Source: Spirochaetales bacterium (GTDB lineage Bacteria; Spirochaetota; Spirochaetia; Sphaerochaetales; Sphaerochaetaceae). Taken from it: a stretch of 64,000 bases of DNA. The translations under genes and the position numbers were made by a program. Under the pieces are notes generated by a model. It saw only the letters and a program-made list of their open reading frames with translations, was not told the origin of the DNA and did not search any database. How positions within the stretch are numbered: position 1 is the stretch's first letter; each line of letters starts with the position of its first letter. Shown piece by piece: positions 35,238 to 45,699 of the stretch. The DNA lies in the NCBI GenBank assembly GCA_018433865.1, contig JAHDQJ010000002.1, forward strand, positions 383,592 through 447,591, read 5' to 3'.

Positions 35238-36637
35238 AACCATCGCCCACAGCAGAGTTGCCAGGAGCCAAGCAGGAGTTCCTTTCCCGTCTTGTGTTCC
35301 TCGCGCTTCCGATCATGCTCCAGAATCTCCTCGCTTCCTCGGTCTCCTTCATCGATACGATCATGATCGGTGTCGTGGGAGAGGATGCACTCGCGGCTGT
35401 CGGCCTGGCAAACCAGATGTTCTTTTTGATCACCCTCTTCTTTTTCGGCGTGAGCAGCGGAGCCGCCATATTCGTCGCACAATACTGGGGAGCACAGGAC
35501 CGCACCTCGATGCACAGGGTCATGGGCATCGCGCTGGTGATCAGCCTTGTCGGAGCGATTGCCAGTTCGATCCTCTCCCTCACCGTTCCCAGTACCATCA
35601 TGCGCATCTTCACCGATGACCCGACCGTGGTACGGCGCGGAACCGAATACCTTTCCGTGGTAGCGGTTTCCTATGTCTTCACCGCGGTGGTGATGATCTA
35701 TTCGACCGCCCTGCGCAGCACAGGTGATGCACGGACTCCCCTCTATATCTCTCTGCTTGCCATGAGCCTCAATGTGGTGTTGAATTACCTGCTGATCCTC
35801 GGCAAGTTCGGATTCCCCCGGATGGAGGTCCGCGGCGCCGCCCTGGCTACCGTGATCAGCAGGGCTGTCGAGGTCGGACTCCTGCTGCTTTTCGTCTACG
35901 TGAGGAAGAGCCCCGTCGCAGCTCCCATCAGGCATCTTGTCTCGTTCAACCGGGTCCTGGTGAAACGTTATCTCATCACCTGTCTTCCGGTGATCCTCAA
36001 CGAGATGTTCTGGTCCTTGGGCATGACGACTTACAAGATCGCCTATTCCCGGATGGGCATCGAGGTGATCGCCTCGGTGAATGTGAGCGAGTCGATCCAG
36101 AACCTGTTCTTCGTGGTGCTCATGGGAATCAGCAATGCCAGTGCGATCATGATCGGAAACCGGATCGGAGAGAACAGGATGGACCTGGCCAGGCTCTATG
36201 CCAGGAGGTTGCTTGCCATCGGCTTCTTCACCGGGGCCATACTGGGGGCCTTGCTGGCCCTCCTTTCCCCGTGGTTGCCGATCCCGTTCAACCTCAGCGA
36301 TACCGTCGCGCTCATGACCACCCTGTCTCTCGGAACCTTGGGGATCATGATTCCGATCAAGGCGTTCAACATGGTTTTGGTCGTGGGAGTGCTCCGTTCA
36401 GGCGGGGATACCCGATTCTCCATGTTCGCGGAACTTGCAGGGGTATGGTTCATCGGCGTACCCGCGGCTTTCCTCGGAGCCTTGGTGTTCGGCATGCCGA
36501 TCCACATCCTCTACCTTTTCATCGGGCTTGAGGAGGCTTTCAAGTTCGTCATCGGGATGATGAGAATCAGAAGCGGAAAATGGATAAACAGACTGACAGA
36601 GGATGCCACCGGACCGACAGCAGGCGCGATTGCTTGA
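35234..36637 (+). CDS. MATE family efflux transporter
   Basis: 12-TM profile. LALPIMLQNLLASSVSFIDTIMIG. ATGA overlap with ygiQ. Confidence 0.85.
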   Translation: MKPSPTAELPGAKQEFLSRLVFLALPIMLQNLLASSVSFIDTIMIGVVGEDALAAVGLANQMFFLITLFFFGVSSGAAIFVAQYWGAQDRTSMHRVMGIALVISLVGAIASSILSLTVPSTIMRIFTDDPTVVRRGTEYLSVVAVSYVFTAVVMIYSTALRSTGDARTPLYISLLAMSLNVVLNYLLILGKFGFPRMEVRGAALATVISRAVEVGLLLLFVYVRKSPVAAPIRHLVSFNRVLVKRYLITCLPVILNEMFWSLGMTTYKIAYSRMGIEVIASVNVSESIQNLFFVVLMGISNASAIMIGNRIGENRMDLARLYARRLLAIGFFTGAILGALLALLSPWLPIPFNLSDTVALMTTLSLGTLGIMIPIKAFNMVLVVGVLRSGGDTRFSMFAELAGVWFIGVPAAFLGALVFGMPIHILYLFIGLEEAFKFVIGMMRIRSGKWINRLTEDATGPTAGAIA

Positions 36638-36681
36638 CCGCAGCCCGCATCCGGCCATATATTTCCCTTTAGGAGGGACAC

Positions 36682-37863
36682 ATGGCAAGTACCGTCCTGA
36701 CAAACGGAACCATCATCACGGGGTCGGCCAAGCTGCATGATTGCGGCCTCTACATCGACGCCGAGGGGAATATCGGGGACATCTTCAACATGAAACGCTT
36801 CAGCCAGAAGCGATTCCCGCAAGGAACACAGGTCATCAACGTCAACGGTGCCTACATCACCCCAGGTTTCATCGACACACATCTGCACGGCATCGGTGGA
36901 TACGGAACGGAAGACGCGGATCCGAAATCGATCCTCGGCATGTCGGAACGGCTCGCCGATTTCGGTGTGACCGGATTCTTTCCCACCGTCTATACCGACT
37001 CGACAGAACGGATGCTCGCCTCCATCAATGCGATCACAGAGGCGATCGGGGATGAACAGGGAGCGCAGATCCTCGGTATCCATGTAGAGGGTCCGTTCAT
37101 CTCACCCCAAAGATTGGGTGCACAAAATCCCGAGGGGGCCAAACCGGTCGACATCGCGTTGTTCGACACCATCATCGCAGCGGGGAAAGGCCATATCGTC
37201 TGCATGACGGTAGCCCCTGAACTGAAAGGCATGCGTGAATTGGCACTCAATGCCATCAAGAAGGGCATTGTTTTGCTTGCTGGGCATACGAACGCCACCT
37301 ATGAGAACATCATCGAAGGCATGCAGGTAGGCATTTTGCATTCCACACATTTTTTCAATGCGATGAGCCGGTTGCATCACCGGAATCCCGGAACCGTCGG
37401 AGCCATCCTCATCGAGCAGGACATGCAGTGCGAGGTGATCGCCGATGGGGTACATGTGCACCCTGAGCTGGTGAAGCTGCTCTTGAAGGAGAAGGAGGCG
37501 AGGAATGTGGTCTTGGTGACCGACTCCCTCCGACCGACGATGCAGAGCGACGGGACATTGATTGCAAACCACGAGATCGCGATCCTCTCCGAGGACGGTG
37601 CATTCCACAAGGCCGACGATCCGGATACGATGATGGGATCGTCCCTGACGATGTTGCAAGGGGTCAGGAACCTGGTCGAATGGGAGGTTCCCATCGAATC
37701 GGCGATCCAGATGGCAACGGCAAACCCGGCACGGATCTACGACTTGTCGATGATGGGTCGGCTGACCCCAGGGTATCTGGCGAATATCGTGGTATTCGAT
37801 GAGGAATTTGCCGTCAAGGGACTGTTCATTCGTGGTAGAATGATACGAGACAATTTTTCATGA
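36682..37863 (+). CDS. nagA: N-acetylglucosamine-6-phosphate deacetylase
   Basis: PGFIDTHLHGIGG, GIHVEGPF, AGHTNAT and HFFNAM. Confidence 0.85.
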   Translation: MASTVLTNGTIITGSAKLHDCGLYIDAEGNIGDIFNMKRFSQKRFPQGTQVINVNGAYITPGFIDTHLHGIGGYGTEDADPKSILGMSERLADFGVTGFFPTVYTDSTERMLASINAITEAIGDEQGAQILGIHVEGPFISPQRLGAQNPEGAKPVDIALFDTIIAAGKGHIVCMTVAPELKGMRELALNAIKKGIVLLAGHTNATYENIIEGMQVGILHSTHFFNAMSRLHHRNPGTVGAILIEQDMQCEVIADGVHVHPELVKLLLKEKEARNVVLVTDSLRPTMQSDGTLIANHEIAILSEDGAFHKADDPDTMMGSSLTMLQGVRNLVEWEVPIESAIQMATANPARIYDLSMMGRLTPGYLANIVVFDEEFAVKGLFIRGRMIRDNFS

Positions 37864-39356
37864 GCATGCAGGAGGTACCCATGGCATCGTCCGATCCTTC
37901 GCGCCAGGCAATCGAAGGCCTGGCTCCCGAACGTCTTTGGAACTTCTTCTTGGATCTCTCCAGGATTCCCCGCGAGTCGGGCAACGAGAAGCAGGTCCGC
38001 ACCTATCTGGTGAACTTTGCGAAGCAGCATGGGTTTGCCTATCACGTCGACACGGTCGGCAACCTGATCATCAAGGCTCCTGCGACCAAGGGGATGGAAC
38101 ACGTTCCCTCGCTCGCGCTTCAGGGACACATGGACATGGTATGCGTGAAGGATGAGGGGGTGGATCACGACTTCGCAACCGATCCCCTCACCTTGGTACG
38201 TGAGGGAGATTGGCTGAAAGCGAAAGGAACGACACTCGGAGCTGACAATGGCATAGCCATCGCCCTGATGCTCGATCTCCTCACCGACGAGACGGCACAA
38301 CACGGGCCGATCGAAGCGATCATCACCGTATCCGAGGAGACGGGACTCGAAGGCGCGTTCGGGCTCGATGCCTCGAAGATCGACAGCAGGAAGATGCTCA
38401 ATCTCGACAGCGAGGAGGAGGGAGTCTTCTACATCGGGTGTGCCGGCGGTGTCGAGACCAACGCCAGCATTCCGCTCGAGAGGACTCCATTGCAAAACGG
38501 GGAAATCCTCTGCGAAGCGACAGTCGACGGACTTCACGGCGGACACTCGGGCGGAGACATCCACCTCCAGAGGGCAAACTCCATCGTCAGCTTGGCTCGT
38601 TTCCTGCGCGCTGCAGCAGACGAGATGGAACTGCGCCTCGTATCGATCAACGGAGGAACGAAGAGAAATGTAATCCCGAGCGTATGCAAGGCCGTCGTTG
38701 CGATCCGTCCCGCAAAGCTTGGTCGAATCATGGAGATAGCCGCTGCAACCGAGCTGGTGCTGAAGAAGGAGTACGCACACGCAGAGAGCGGATTGCGCCT
38801 TTCCTGCAATCCCTCCCGGATCCAGGCAACCGATGCGTGCACCGTACACCAGAGCCTCTCGGTCATCAATGCGTTGCTTCTCGCTCCGCATGGTGTGGAG
38901 AGGATGAGCCAGACGATCGCGGGCATGGTGGAAACTTCAAGCAATCTCGCTTCGATCAGGACGACCGACTCGTCGTTCAACATCGTCACGAGCCATCGCT
39001 CATCCGTCATCACTTCGCGGGACATGGTGGCAAGAAAGGCAGTCCTGGCATTCGAGACGGCAGGGGCGAAGTGCAAGATGGAGAATCCGTACCCGTCCTG
39101 GACTCCGGATCCCTCATCGCCCCTCGCAGGATTCTGTGCCGAGGCTTGGGAGACCCACATGGGGGGGAAAGCGAAGATCACCGCAATCCACGCGGGGCTG
39201 GAGTGCGGCATCATCAACTCACTGGTGGAAGGGATGGACTCGGTGTCGCTCGGACCCACGTTGCACGGGGTACACTCGACGAAGGAACGCGTCTCGATCT
39301 CCTCCACCGAGAAGATTGCGAAGTTCCTCAGGGCCCTCTGTCCTACGATAGCCTGA
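37860..39356 (+). CDS. pepD: Aminoacyl-histidine dipeptidase (M20C, PepD)
   Basis: IPRESGNEK...LQGHMDMV...GTTLGADNGIA...TVSEETGLEGA. Confidence 0.8.
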   Translation: MSMQEVPMASSDPSRQAIEGLAPERLWNFFLDLSRIPRESGNEKQVRTYLVNFAKQHGFAYHVDTVGNLIIKAPATKGMEHVPSLALQGHMDMVCVKDEGVDHDFATDPLTLVREGDWLKAKGTTLGADNGIAIALMLDLLTDETAQHGPIEAIITVSEETGLEGAFGLDASKIDSRKMLNLDSEEEGVFYIGCAGGVETNASIPLERTPLQNGEILCEATVDGLHGGHSGGDIHLQRANSIVSLARFLRAAADEMELRLVSINGGTKRNVIPSVCKAVVAIRPAKLGRIMEIAAATELVLKKEYAHAESGLRLSCNPSRIQATDACTVHQSLSVINALLLAPHGVERMSQTIAGMVETSSNLASIRTTDSSFNIVTSHRSSVITSRDMVARKAVLAFETAGAKCKMENPYPSWTPDPSSPLAGFCAEAWETHMGGKAKITAIHAGLECGIINSLVEGMDSVSLGPTLHGVHSTKERVSISSTEKIAKFLRALCPTIA

Positions 39357-39361
39357 GAATC

Positions 39362-39391
39362 ATGAGAGCCCGTGGATTCACGGGCTCTCAT
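39362..39391. terminator. Bidirectional hairpin between convergent pepD and the flavodiiron gene
   Basis: Perfect 13-bp stem atgagagcccgtg-gatt-cacgggctctcat. Confidence 0.5.
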
Positions 39392-39396
39392 CACAT

Positions 39397-40617
39397 TCAG
39401 GAGTCTGACCACTCCTTTACGCTCTTGGCGAGCGCCTTCGCGACGGCAACAGCCTTGCGTTTGTCCTCCTCGGTCGGAGCTCCTTGGTACTCGATCACAC
39501 CCAGGCAATCCCACTTCAAGGCCTCTACGAAAGGATCGAACTGCTTCTGCGCACCACCCGACCATCCATAGGAACCGAACCGCATCACCTTCCGGTTGTT
39601 CACATGACTTCGCTCGAGCACGTCGAGGATGTGGTACATCGGAGGGAACATGCGATATTCGTAGGTGGGCATCCCGATCACCAATCCGCTGGACCGCCAC
39701 GCAGAGGAGAGGACGAACGAGGCGTGATCCTTCGGAACCTCATGGAGACGGACCGTCAGGTGTTCCTCCTCGAGCGCTTGCTTGATGATCGGCACCAGCG
39801 CCGCAGTATTGCCGTACATGCTGCTGTACACGAAGGTAATCTCCTTCTCCGCCGGACCGTTCATGTACCGGGCCAACTTGAGATAGAGGTCGATGACCTT
39901 CGCGGGATCCTTCCTCCAGACCACTCCGTGGCTGGGAGCGATCATCTTGATCTCGACTCCCGCGAGTTTTTGGATTCCCCGCTGCACGAACTGACTGAAC
40001 GAGGAGACGATATTCGCATAGTAGCGTTCGGTCTCTGGGATCAGCAGGTCCCACTCCTCTTGCGTCAGCTCATCATCGAAGCAGTGTGCATACTGTCCGT
40101 AGGAACCGAACGCGTCGCAGGAGAAGAGCACCTTGTCCTCGGGGACATAGGTCATCATCGTCTCAGGCCAATGGATATTCGGAGTCTCCTCGAACACAAG
40201 TGTCTTCCCCCCGAGATCGACACTCTCCTTGGAAGCCACTGCCCGTACGTTCTTTTCGATGCCGTAGAAAGCCTTCACCAAAGGAACCGCCTTCTTGGTA
40301 CAGAGAATCTGCATCTGCGGGTTCTCCTCGCACAGTTGGGCCAAAGATCCCGTATGATCGGGTTCCATGTGGTTCAGCACCAGATAATCGATGTCCTTGA
40401 ACGAGAGACCGAGACTCGCCATCTGCTCCTTGACCGAGCCGACCGCCCCCTCCCAATCCTTCACCAGGTCGATGAATGCAGTCTTCGCAGAACCCTGCAC
40501 CACATATGAGTTCAACAGCACGCCGTGCGGAATCGGCCAGATCCCCTCGAACAGATCCCTGTCTCCGATCCTTGCATACACCCGATGGATACCGGGAACC
40601 AACATATCCGGTTTCAT
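39397..40617 (-). CDS. FprA-type flavodiiron protein (metallo-beta-lactamase plus flavodoxin domains)
   Basis: LNHMEPDHTGS, FSCDAFG, and the flavodoxin part YSSMYGNT. Confidence 0.8.
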   Translation of the reverse strand: MKPDMLVPGIHRVYARIGDRDLFEGIWPIPHGVLLNSYVVQGSAKTAFIDLVKDWEGAVGSVKEQMASLGLSFKDIDYLVLNHMEPDHTGSLAQLCEENPQMQILCTKKAVPLVKAFYGIEKNVRAVASKESVDLGGKTLVFEETPNIHWPETMMTYVPEDKVLFSCDAFGSYGQYAHCFDDELTQEEWDLLIPETERYYANIVSSFSQFVQRGIQKLAGVEIKMIAPSHGVVWRKDPAKVIDLYLKLARYMNGPAEKEITFVYSSMYGNTAALVPIIKQALEEEHLTVRLHEVPKDHASFVLSSAWRSSGLVIGMPTYEYRMFPPMYHILDVLERSHVNNRKVMRFGSYGWSGGAQKQFDPFVEALKWDCLGVIEYQGAPTEEDKRKAVAVAKALAKSVKEWSDS

Positions 40618-40704
40618 GTCTCCTCCTTGTCGCCCAATCCATTCCCTTATACCACAAAAGGACCCTGATTGGTAGATTCTGCCGCTCGGACTTCCGAGCC
40701 TCGT

Positions 40705-41427
40705 TCACAATCCGGAGCTTCTGATCCGCAACCGAGCCATCTCCCGTTCCCGCTGTCGCCAATCTTCCATGTGGGCATGCAGGAATCGCTTGAATGAGGA
40801 TCCATGATCAAAGTGGACCAGATGAGCGACCTCATGGAGTGCAAGATACTCGATCAGGCGCATCGGCAGGGTAAGCGAACGGACGGCGAACATCAACCTT
40901 CCATCCTTGGAGCAACTGCCCATCCGTCTCCGGTACGGTGCCATTCCCACTTGGGGGATGAACGGAAGGGCGAGTTCCAGCACCCACCGTTCCACCAGTG
41001 CCCGGTACAGTTGCTCTCCGTAGGCAGCATACCATGCATGTATGGACTTTTTGATCGTGACTTCTTTCGCACGGGGACTTACATGGACATGCAACAGCTG
41101 GTCTTCGAGCGTACAGTGGGCTTCAATGCCACGGACTCGCTGCACCCGCAACCCGATGATGTTTCCAAGCAGCAGGAATGTATCTCCATCCGCATAGGTA
41201 TGAGCTTCCAATGGTTGCGGGAGGGACCTGACCAAAGCCAGCTTTGCATCGATCCAGTCGGTCTTGCTTTGCACAAACCGTTCGATCACAACCGCGGGAG
41301 TTCTCTTCGGAGCGCTCACCACCACCTGCGCATCATCGGTGATACGGATGGCGATGCGCTTCCTCTTCGGCCTGCGGACAACCTCATACTGTACTTTCCC
41401 TGCTGTATTCACTACACTGTCACGCAT
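40705..41427 (-). CDS. YgjP-like M48/DUF45 metal-dependent hydrolase
   Basis: MGSCSKDGRLMF...YLALHEVAHLVHFDHGSSF (HExxH). Confidence 0.75.
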   Translation of the reverse strand: MRDSVVNTAGKVQYEVVRRPKRKRIAIRITDDAQVVVSAPKRTPAVVIERFVQSKTDWIDAKLALVRSLPQPLEAHTYADGDTFLLLGNIIGLRVQRVRGIEAHCTLEDQLLHVHVSPRAKEVTIKKSIHAWYAAYGEQLYRALVERWVLELALPFIPQVGMAPYRRRMGSCSKDGRLMFAVRSLTLPMRLIEYLALHEVAHLVHFDHGSSFKRFLHAHMEDWRQREREMARLRIRSSGL

Positions 41428-41437
41428 GAACACCCCC

Positions 41438-41866
41438 ATGAAACTGCATCTCCAACAGCGTATCACATATCATCGTGCAGTGGAGCATGTACCGCAGTGC
41501 GATATGATGTTCGATCGCATGACAAAGACGCTCGACAGGTGTCCGGTAGGAAGCGAGGGAATCTTGGTCATCGAATCCGAGCTGACCGATGAGCTCTGTC
41601 TCCTCTCGTGCACCGGGGCTGCCTACCGCTTGCCATCCGAAACCGAGCCTCACATCCTCTCGATCGAAGCAGGATCGCACCTCTTCTTGCAGCTAGCCTT
41701 CGCTCCTGCAAACGGGGCCGCGCTCATCCCCTTGCTGAACCGTTTTGCCATGACGCCCGATTATCGGAAAGGGACAACGAGACGGATGTTCCTCAGGCTC
41801 TACAAGGAAAAGCAGTTCGAGATCGCGATCCAATGCATCGCCCCTATAGATACCACAGCGGAATGA
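41438..41866 (+). CDS. Hypothetical protein
   Basis: The only ORF filling an otherwise 377-nt gap. No recognisable motif. The upstream part of the track ORF is antisense to ygjP. Confidence 0.35.
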   Translation: MKLHLQQRITYHRAVEHVPQCDMMFDRMTKTLDRCPVGSEGILVIESELTDELCLLSCTGAAYRLPSETEPHILSIEAGSHLFLQLAFAPANGAALIPLLNRFAMTPDYRKGTTRRMFLRLYKEKQFEIAIQCIAPIDTTAE

Positions 41867-42764
41867 GGAACGGAGCGAACAGCGTCATGATCACGCCGTG
41901 GGAGATTGCGAGCGGAACCACCGAATCTCCCAAGCTCTTCTTCAACAGCGGGAGAGTGACATCCATGCTGGTCGCCCCGGCGATGCTGATGGAAGAGAAT
42001 GAGGCGTGCGATACGGTCGCCAGCAACGGGATGAGCAAAAACGAGAACGATTCCCTGAACAGGTTGCTGAGGAAGGAGACTGCCCCGAGCTGAGGATCTC
42101 CCAAGCTGCTGATCAGCACCCCCGAAAGCGAGTACCATCCGAACCCCGATACCAGTGTCAACGATTCGGTCAGCGTGTAGGAACTGACGAGCGGGAAAGC
42201 CAACGCTCCCAAGTATGTTCCGAGGACCGTGGAGATCGGAAGCAACAGCATCATCGGAGACTTCAGCAGGGGGACGAGATCCACCTCATGCTGTACCATC
42301 TGCATGCCGACGAGAAAGAGAAGCAGGTAGAGGATGTAGGTGATCATGGATCCTTCGAACCAATCGAACAATCCGGTGGTGATGGCCGCGACGATTCCTG
42401 CCACCACGATCAGGATCATCAACAGGGGAGTCTTCAACCGCTCCCAGGTGATCCGTTGCCTGACCCGTTCCGAGGGATTCACCTTTTTCCTGACCAACAA
42501 CCCCAACAGGCTTGCGGTGATGATGCACCCGATGACCACCAACACGGTAGCCAACAGGGCATCGAGTCCCATCCGCATGATCCGCTCCTTGATATCGGGG
42601 ATCTTCGCGGTGTTCACTCCCATGAGAAAGAGAAGCGCATAGAGGACTGCATCCAATGCGCGTGCGGTAGGAAGATGCCAACGCTGTTTGCCGGCAAGGA
42701 AAGCAAAGAGCGCACCGAGGCCGAGACTGAGGAACAACTGTACGAGATACCACACCGTCTGCAT
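41844..42764 (-). CDS. LysO-family (DUF340) membrane protein
   Basis: Two-fold repeated multi-TM protein. GFGWYSLSG motif. Confidence 0.6.
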   Translation of the reverse strand: MQTVWYLVQLFLSLGLGALFAFLAGKQRWHLPTARALDAVLYALLFLMGVNTAKIPDIKERIMRMGLDALLATVLVVIGCIITASLLGLLVRKKVNPSERVRQRITWERLKTPLLMILIVVAGIVAAITTGLFDWFEGSMITYILYLLLFLVGMQMVQHEVDLVPLLKSPMMLLLPISTVLGTYLGALAFPLVSSYTLTESLTLVSGFGWYSLSGVLISSLGDPQLGAVSFLSNLFRESFSFLLIPLLATVSHASFSSISIAGATSMDVTLPLLKKSLGDSVVPLAISHGVIMTLFAPFLIPLWYL

Positions 42765-42853
42765 GCCTACAGACTAGCGCAAAGCTCCTCTCTTGCTCAA
42801 GCAAGTCCTTGTACCTTTGCCGCATCATAGCTATATTTGTATGGACGCGGAGG

Positions 42854-44053
42854 ATGATGGTGACAGTCGAACGGATCAGCGATACCATGCAGCGGCTCAT
42901 ATGTGCCGACGGAAAGGAAATTACCCTTATCGGGACGGCACACGTGTCGCAGGACAGCGTGGATGAGGTTGCACGGGCGATCGATGAAATCGGCCCCGAC
43001 CGGATCTGTGTCGAGCTTGACGAGGGCAGGTACCGTTCCCGGACTGAGAAACAGAACTGGGAGAACCTGAACATCAAGACCATCCTCAAGGAAAACAAGG
43101 GGTTCCTCATGCTCGCCAACATGGCCCTCTCCTCCTACCAGAAGAAATTGGGAGAGCAGATGGGTGTGTCCCCGGGTGATGAGATCATGCGTGCGGCAAC
43201 CCTCGCCACGGAGAGGAACATTCCCCTCTCGCTCTGTGACCGGGAAATCCAGGTCACTTTCAAGCGTGCGTGGAGACTCTCGAACGGATGGAACAAGATC
43301 AAGCTCATCTCGAGTTTGCTGAGTGCGGTATTCAGCGACGAGAAGATCAGCAACGAGGAACTGGAAAAACTCAAGGAGACCAACGTCCTGCAGTCCATGC
43401 TCGATGAGATGGCCAAGGAGCTGCCCACGATCAAGCGGGTGCTCATCGATGAGCGGGACCAGTTCCTCGCCTCCAAGATCTATGCGGCCCAAGGAGAGCG
43501 GATCGTCGCAGTGGTCGGTGCAGGCCACGCTCCGGGTCTGGTCGCCCACATGGAGCGGCTTGACAGGCAGGAGGTCTCGACCGACACGGAAAAGATCACA
43601 ACGGTCCCTCCCCCGTCGCAGGTCGGAAAGATTCTCTCATGGGCTGTCGTGATCGCCATCATCGGCATCATCGCTGCCGGGTTCATCCGCAGCGGATGGA
43701 ACCAAGGGCTTGAGATGTTCCTGTACTGGTTCCTGTTGAACTCCTCCCTGACCGGACTCGCCGCCATACTTTCGCTTGCCCATCCGGTGACGATCATCCT
43801 CTCGATGCTCGCCGCTCCGGTGACCGCCCTCAGTCCCACCTTGGGAGTAGGCATGGTCGCCGGCATGCTCGAGGCCTCCATGAGAAAACCGCGGGTCAAG
43901 GATTTCGAGCAGGTCTCCGAGGATATCTCACGCTTCAAGGGATGGTTCTCAAACAGGATCATCCATGCGCTGATGATCTTCATGACCACCAGCATCTTTG
44001 CCTCGATCGGTACGTTCATCGCCTTCCCCCTCTTGATCAGCAAGCTCGGCTAG
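42854..44053 (+). CDS. TraB/GumN family protein
   Basis: ITLIGTAHVSQDSV, VELDEGR, GAGHAPG and a C-terminal TM bundle. Start is uncertain by about 6 nt. Confidence 0.75.
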   Translation: MMVTVERISDTMQRLICADGKEITLIGTAHVSQDSVDEVARAIDEIGPDRICVELDEGRYRSRTEKQNWENLNIKTILKENKGFLMLANMALSSYQKKLGEQMGVSPGDEIMRAATLATERNIPLSLCDREIQVTFKRAWRLSNGWNKIKLISSLLSAVFSDEKISNEELEKLKETNVLQSMLDEMAKELPTIKRVLIDERDQFLASKIYAAQGERIVAVVGAGHAPGLVAHMERLDRQEVSTDTEKITTVPPPSQVGKILSWAVVIAIIGIIAAGFIRSGWNQGLEMFLYWFLLNSSLTGLAAILSLAHPVTIILSMLAAPVTALSPTLGVGMVAGMLEASMRKPRVKDFEQVSEDISRFKGWFSNRIIHALMIFMTTSIFASIGTFIAFPLLISKLG

Positions 44054-44094
44054 GCCTTCACGAAGCTCTTGTCCACCACCGAAAGGCTTGTTTC

Positions 44095-44123
44095 GCAATT
44101 GGTAAGGATTCCTTACTAATTGC
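44095..44123. repeat. 13-bp-stem hairpin built from two inverted copies of CTTAC[CT]AATTG
   Basis: gcaattggtaagg-att-ccttactaattgc. The same 11-mer recurs at 44323 and 45545. Confidence 0.5.
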
Positions 44124-44313
44124 CGTTCTCCCGTGGGTATCGCTTTCCGGCATCAATCGGACAAGGCTCCCCGGATACATAGGAACGCATTCCCATCGAA
44201 TGCCCTGCAAGAGCATCGGGAAAAGGGAAACACGGGGTGAACATCGATGCCGATACTGGCAGGATACTTCCGAGACCCTTGAAATTGAGAGGAATTGAAG
44301 GCTTTACTATTTG

Positions 44314-45699
44314 TTAGGGATGCTTACCAATTGTGCGTGGGAGCTTTTCCAGCTTTCCGACGGCCTCATCGATCCGTTCGCACCGCAACATCGACGCATG
44401 ATGCTCCAGCGGCATGGACGAAGGTGCGAGGATCGTTGAGAAGCCCATGTCGATGGCCCCCTTCACCCGCTTCTCCCCATAGCTGACTGGTCGAACTTCA
44501 CCTGCAAGGCTCAGTTCGCCCATGCTCACCAAGGTCGCGGGAAGCGGGCGGGAGGTTGCTGCGGAGTGGATGGCAAGGGCAAGCGGAAGCTCGATCGATA
44601 CTTCGCTGAGCTTGATTCCCCCCGCGACATTCACGTAGATATCCTTGTCCGACAGGGTCAGTCCCGCATGCCGTTCAAGGACCGCGGCCACACGGGTCAC
44701 ACGAGCGGTATCGATCCGCTCCGAGTAGACTCGCGAGTACCCGCTCTTCGCCGGTATCACGAGGGCCTGGATCTCCACCATGAAGGTCCTGGACCCTTCC
44801 ACGACCGCCGTGAACGAGATTCCGGCTGGCAGCGAACCTTCGGTCCTTTCGCTGAGAAAGAATCCTGCGGGATCGGGAACGGAGACAAGGCCTTTCTCCG
44901 TCATGAGGAAGATACCGATCTCATCCACGCTTCCGAACCGATTCTTCACGGCACGCACGATCCGGACTCCCGATCCTGCTTGTTCGAAATAGAGTACGGT
45001 ATCGACAATATGCTCGATCGCCTTCGGCCCTGCGATCTGCCCTTCCTTCGTGATATGGCCTATGAAAAACAGGGCACTTCCCGCCTTTTTCGCCGCATCC
45101 ACCAGCTCCATGGTACAAAGTCTCAGTTGATTCACCGACCCCGCGGCGGAAGGGAGTTCCTCACTGGAAAGGGTCTGCAAGGAATCCACGACCACGACAT
45201 CGTAGCGGTCACGCGAAAGTATCTCCTGCAGCGGCTCGAGCCTGGTATCATTGAAGAGGGAGACCGAATCGAGCGGCACGCCGATCCTCTGTGCCCGTGA
45301 GCGGACTTGTCCGGGAGACTCCTCTCCCGATACATAGAGCACGCTGCGATTCTTGATCGATCCAAGCAACTGCAGCATGAGCGTGGACTTGCCGATACCC
45401 GGCTCACCGCCGAGCAGAACCGTTCCCCCACGCATGATACCGCCTCCGAGCACTCGATCGAATTCAGAAATTCCTGAACTGTAACGGAAATCTTCACCAA
45501 TCTCAATTTCTGACAAGGCAACAGTTTGGTTTTTGTTAGTATCACTTACTAATTGCTTCTTACCCGACTTTCCCTGTTTCTTGACCACCTCTTCGGTGAA
45601 CGAGTTCCACGAGCCGCAATCGGGGCAACGGCCGAGCCATTTCACCTCGATGCGGCCACACTGGGAACAGACATATCGGGTAGTGAGCTCTTTCATCAT
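44314..45699 (-). CDS. radA: DNA repair protein RadA/Sms
   Basis: Zinc finger [27 protein letters not shown], the KNRFG motif, and a Lon-like C-terminus. Confidence 0.92.
   Translation of the reverse strand: MMKELTTRYVCSQCGRIEVKWLGRCPDCGSWNSFTEEVVKKQGKSGKKQLVSDTNKNQTVALSEIEIGEDFRYSSGISEFDRVLGGGIMRGGTVLLGGEPGIGKSTLMLQLLGSIKNRSVLYVSGEESPGQVRSRAQRIGVPLDSVSLFNDTRLEPLQEILSRDRYDVVVVDSLQTLSSEELPSAAGSVNQLRLCTMELVDAAKKAGSALFFIGHITKEGQIAGPKAIEHIVDTVLYFEQAGSGVRIVRAVKNRFGSVDEIGIFLMTEKGLVSVPDPAGFFLSERTEGSLPAGISFTAVVEGSRTFMVEIQALVIPAKSGYSRVYSERIDTARVTRVAAVLERHAGLTLSDKDIYVNVAGGIKLSEVSIELPLALAIHSAATSRPLPATLVSMGELSLAGEVRPVSYGEKRVKGAIDMGFSTILAPSSMPLEHHASMLRCERIDEAVGKLEKLPRTIGKHP

Noticed and set aside
41264-41437. 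N-terminal 58 codons of the 200-aa plus-strand ORF
   Set aside because: This part is antisense to the 5' end of the YgjP-like gene. Only the downstream portion (41438-41866) lies in otherwise empty sequence.
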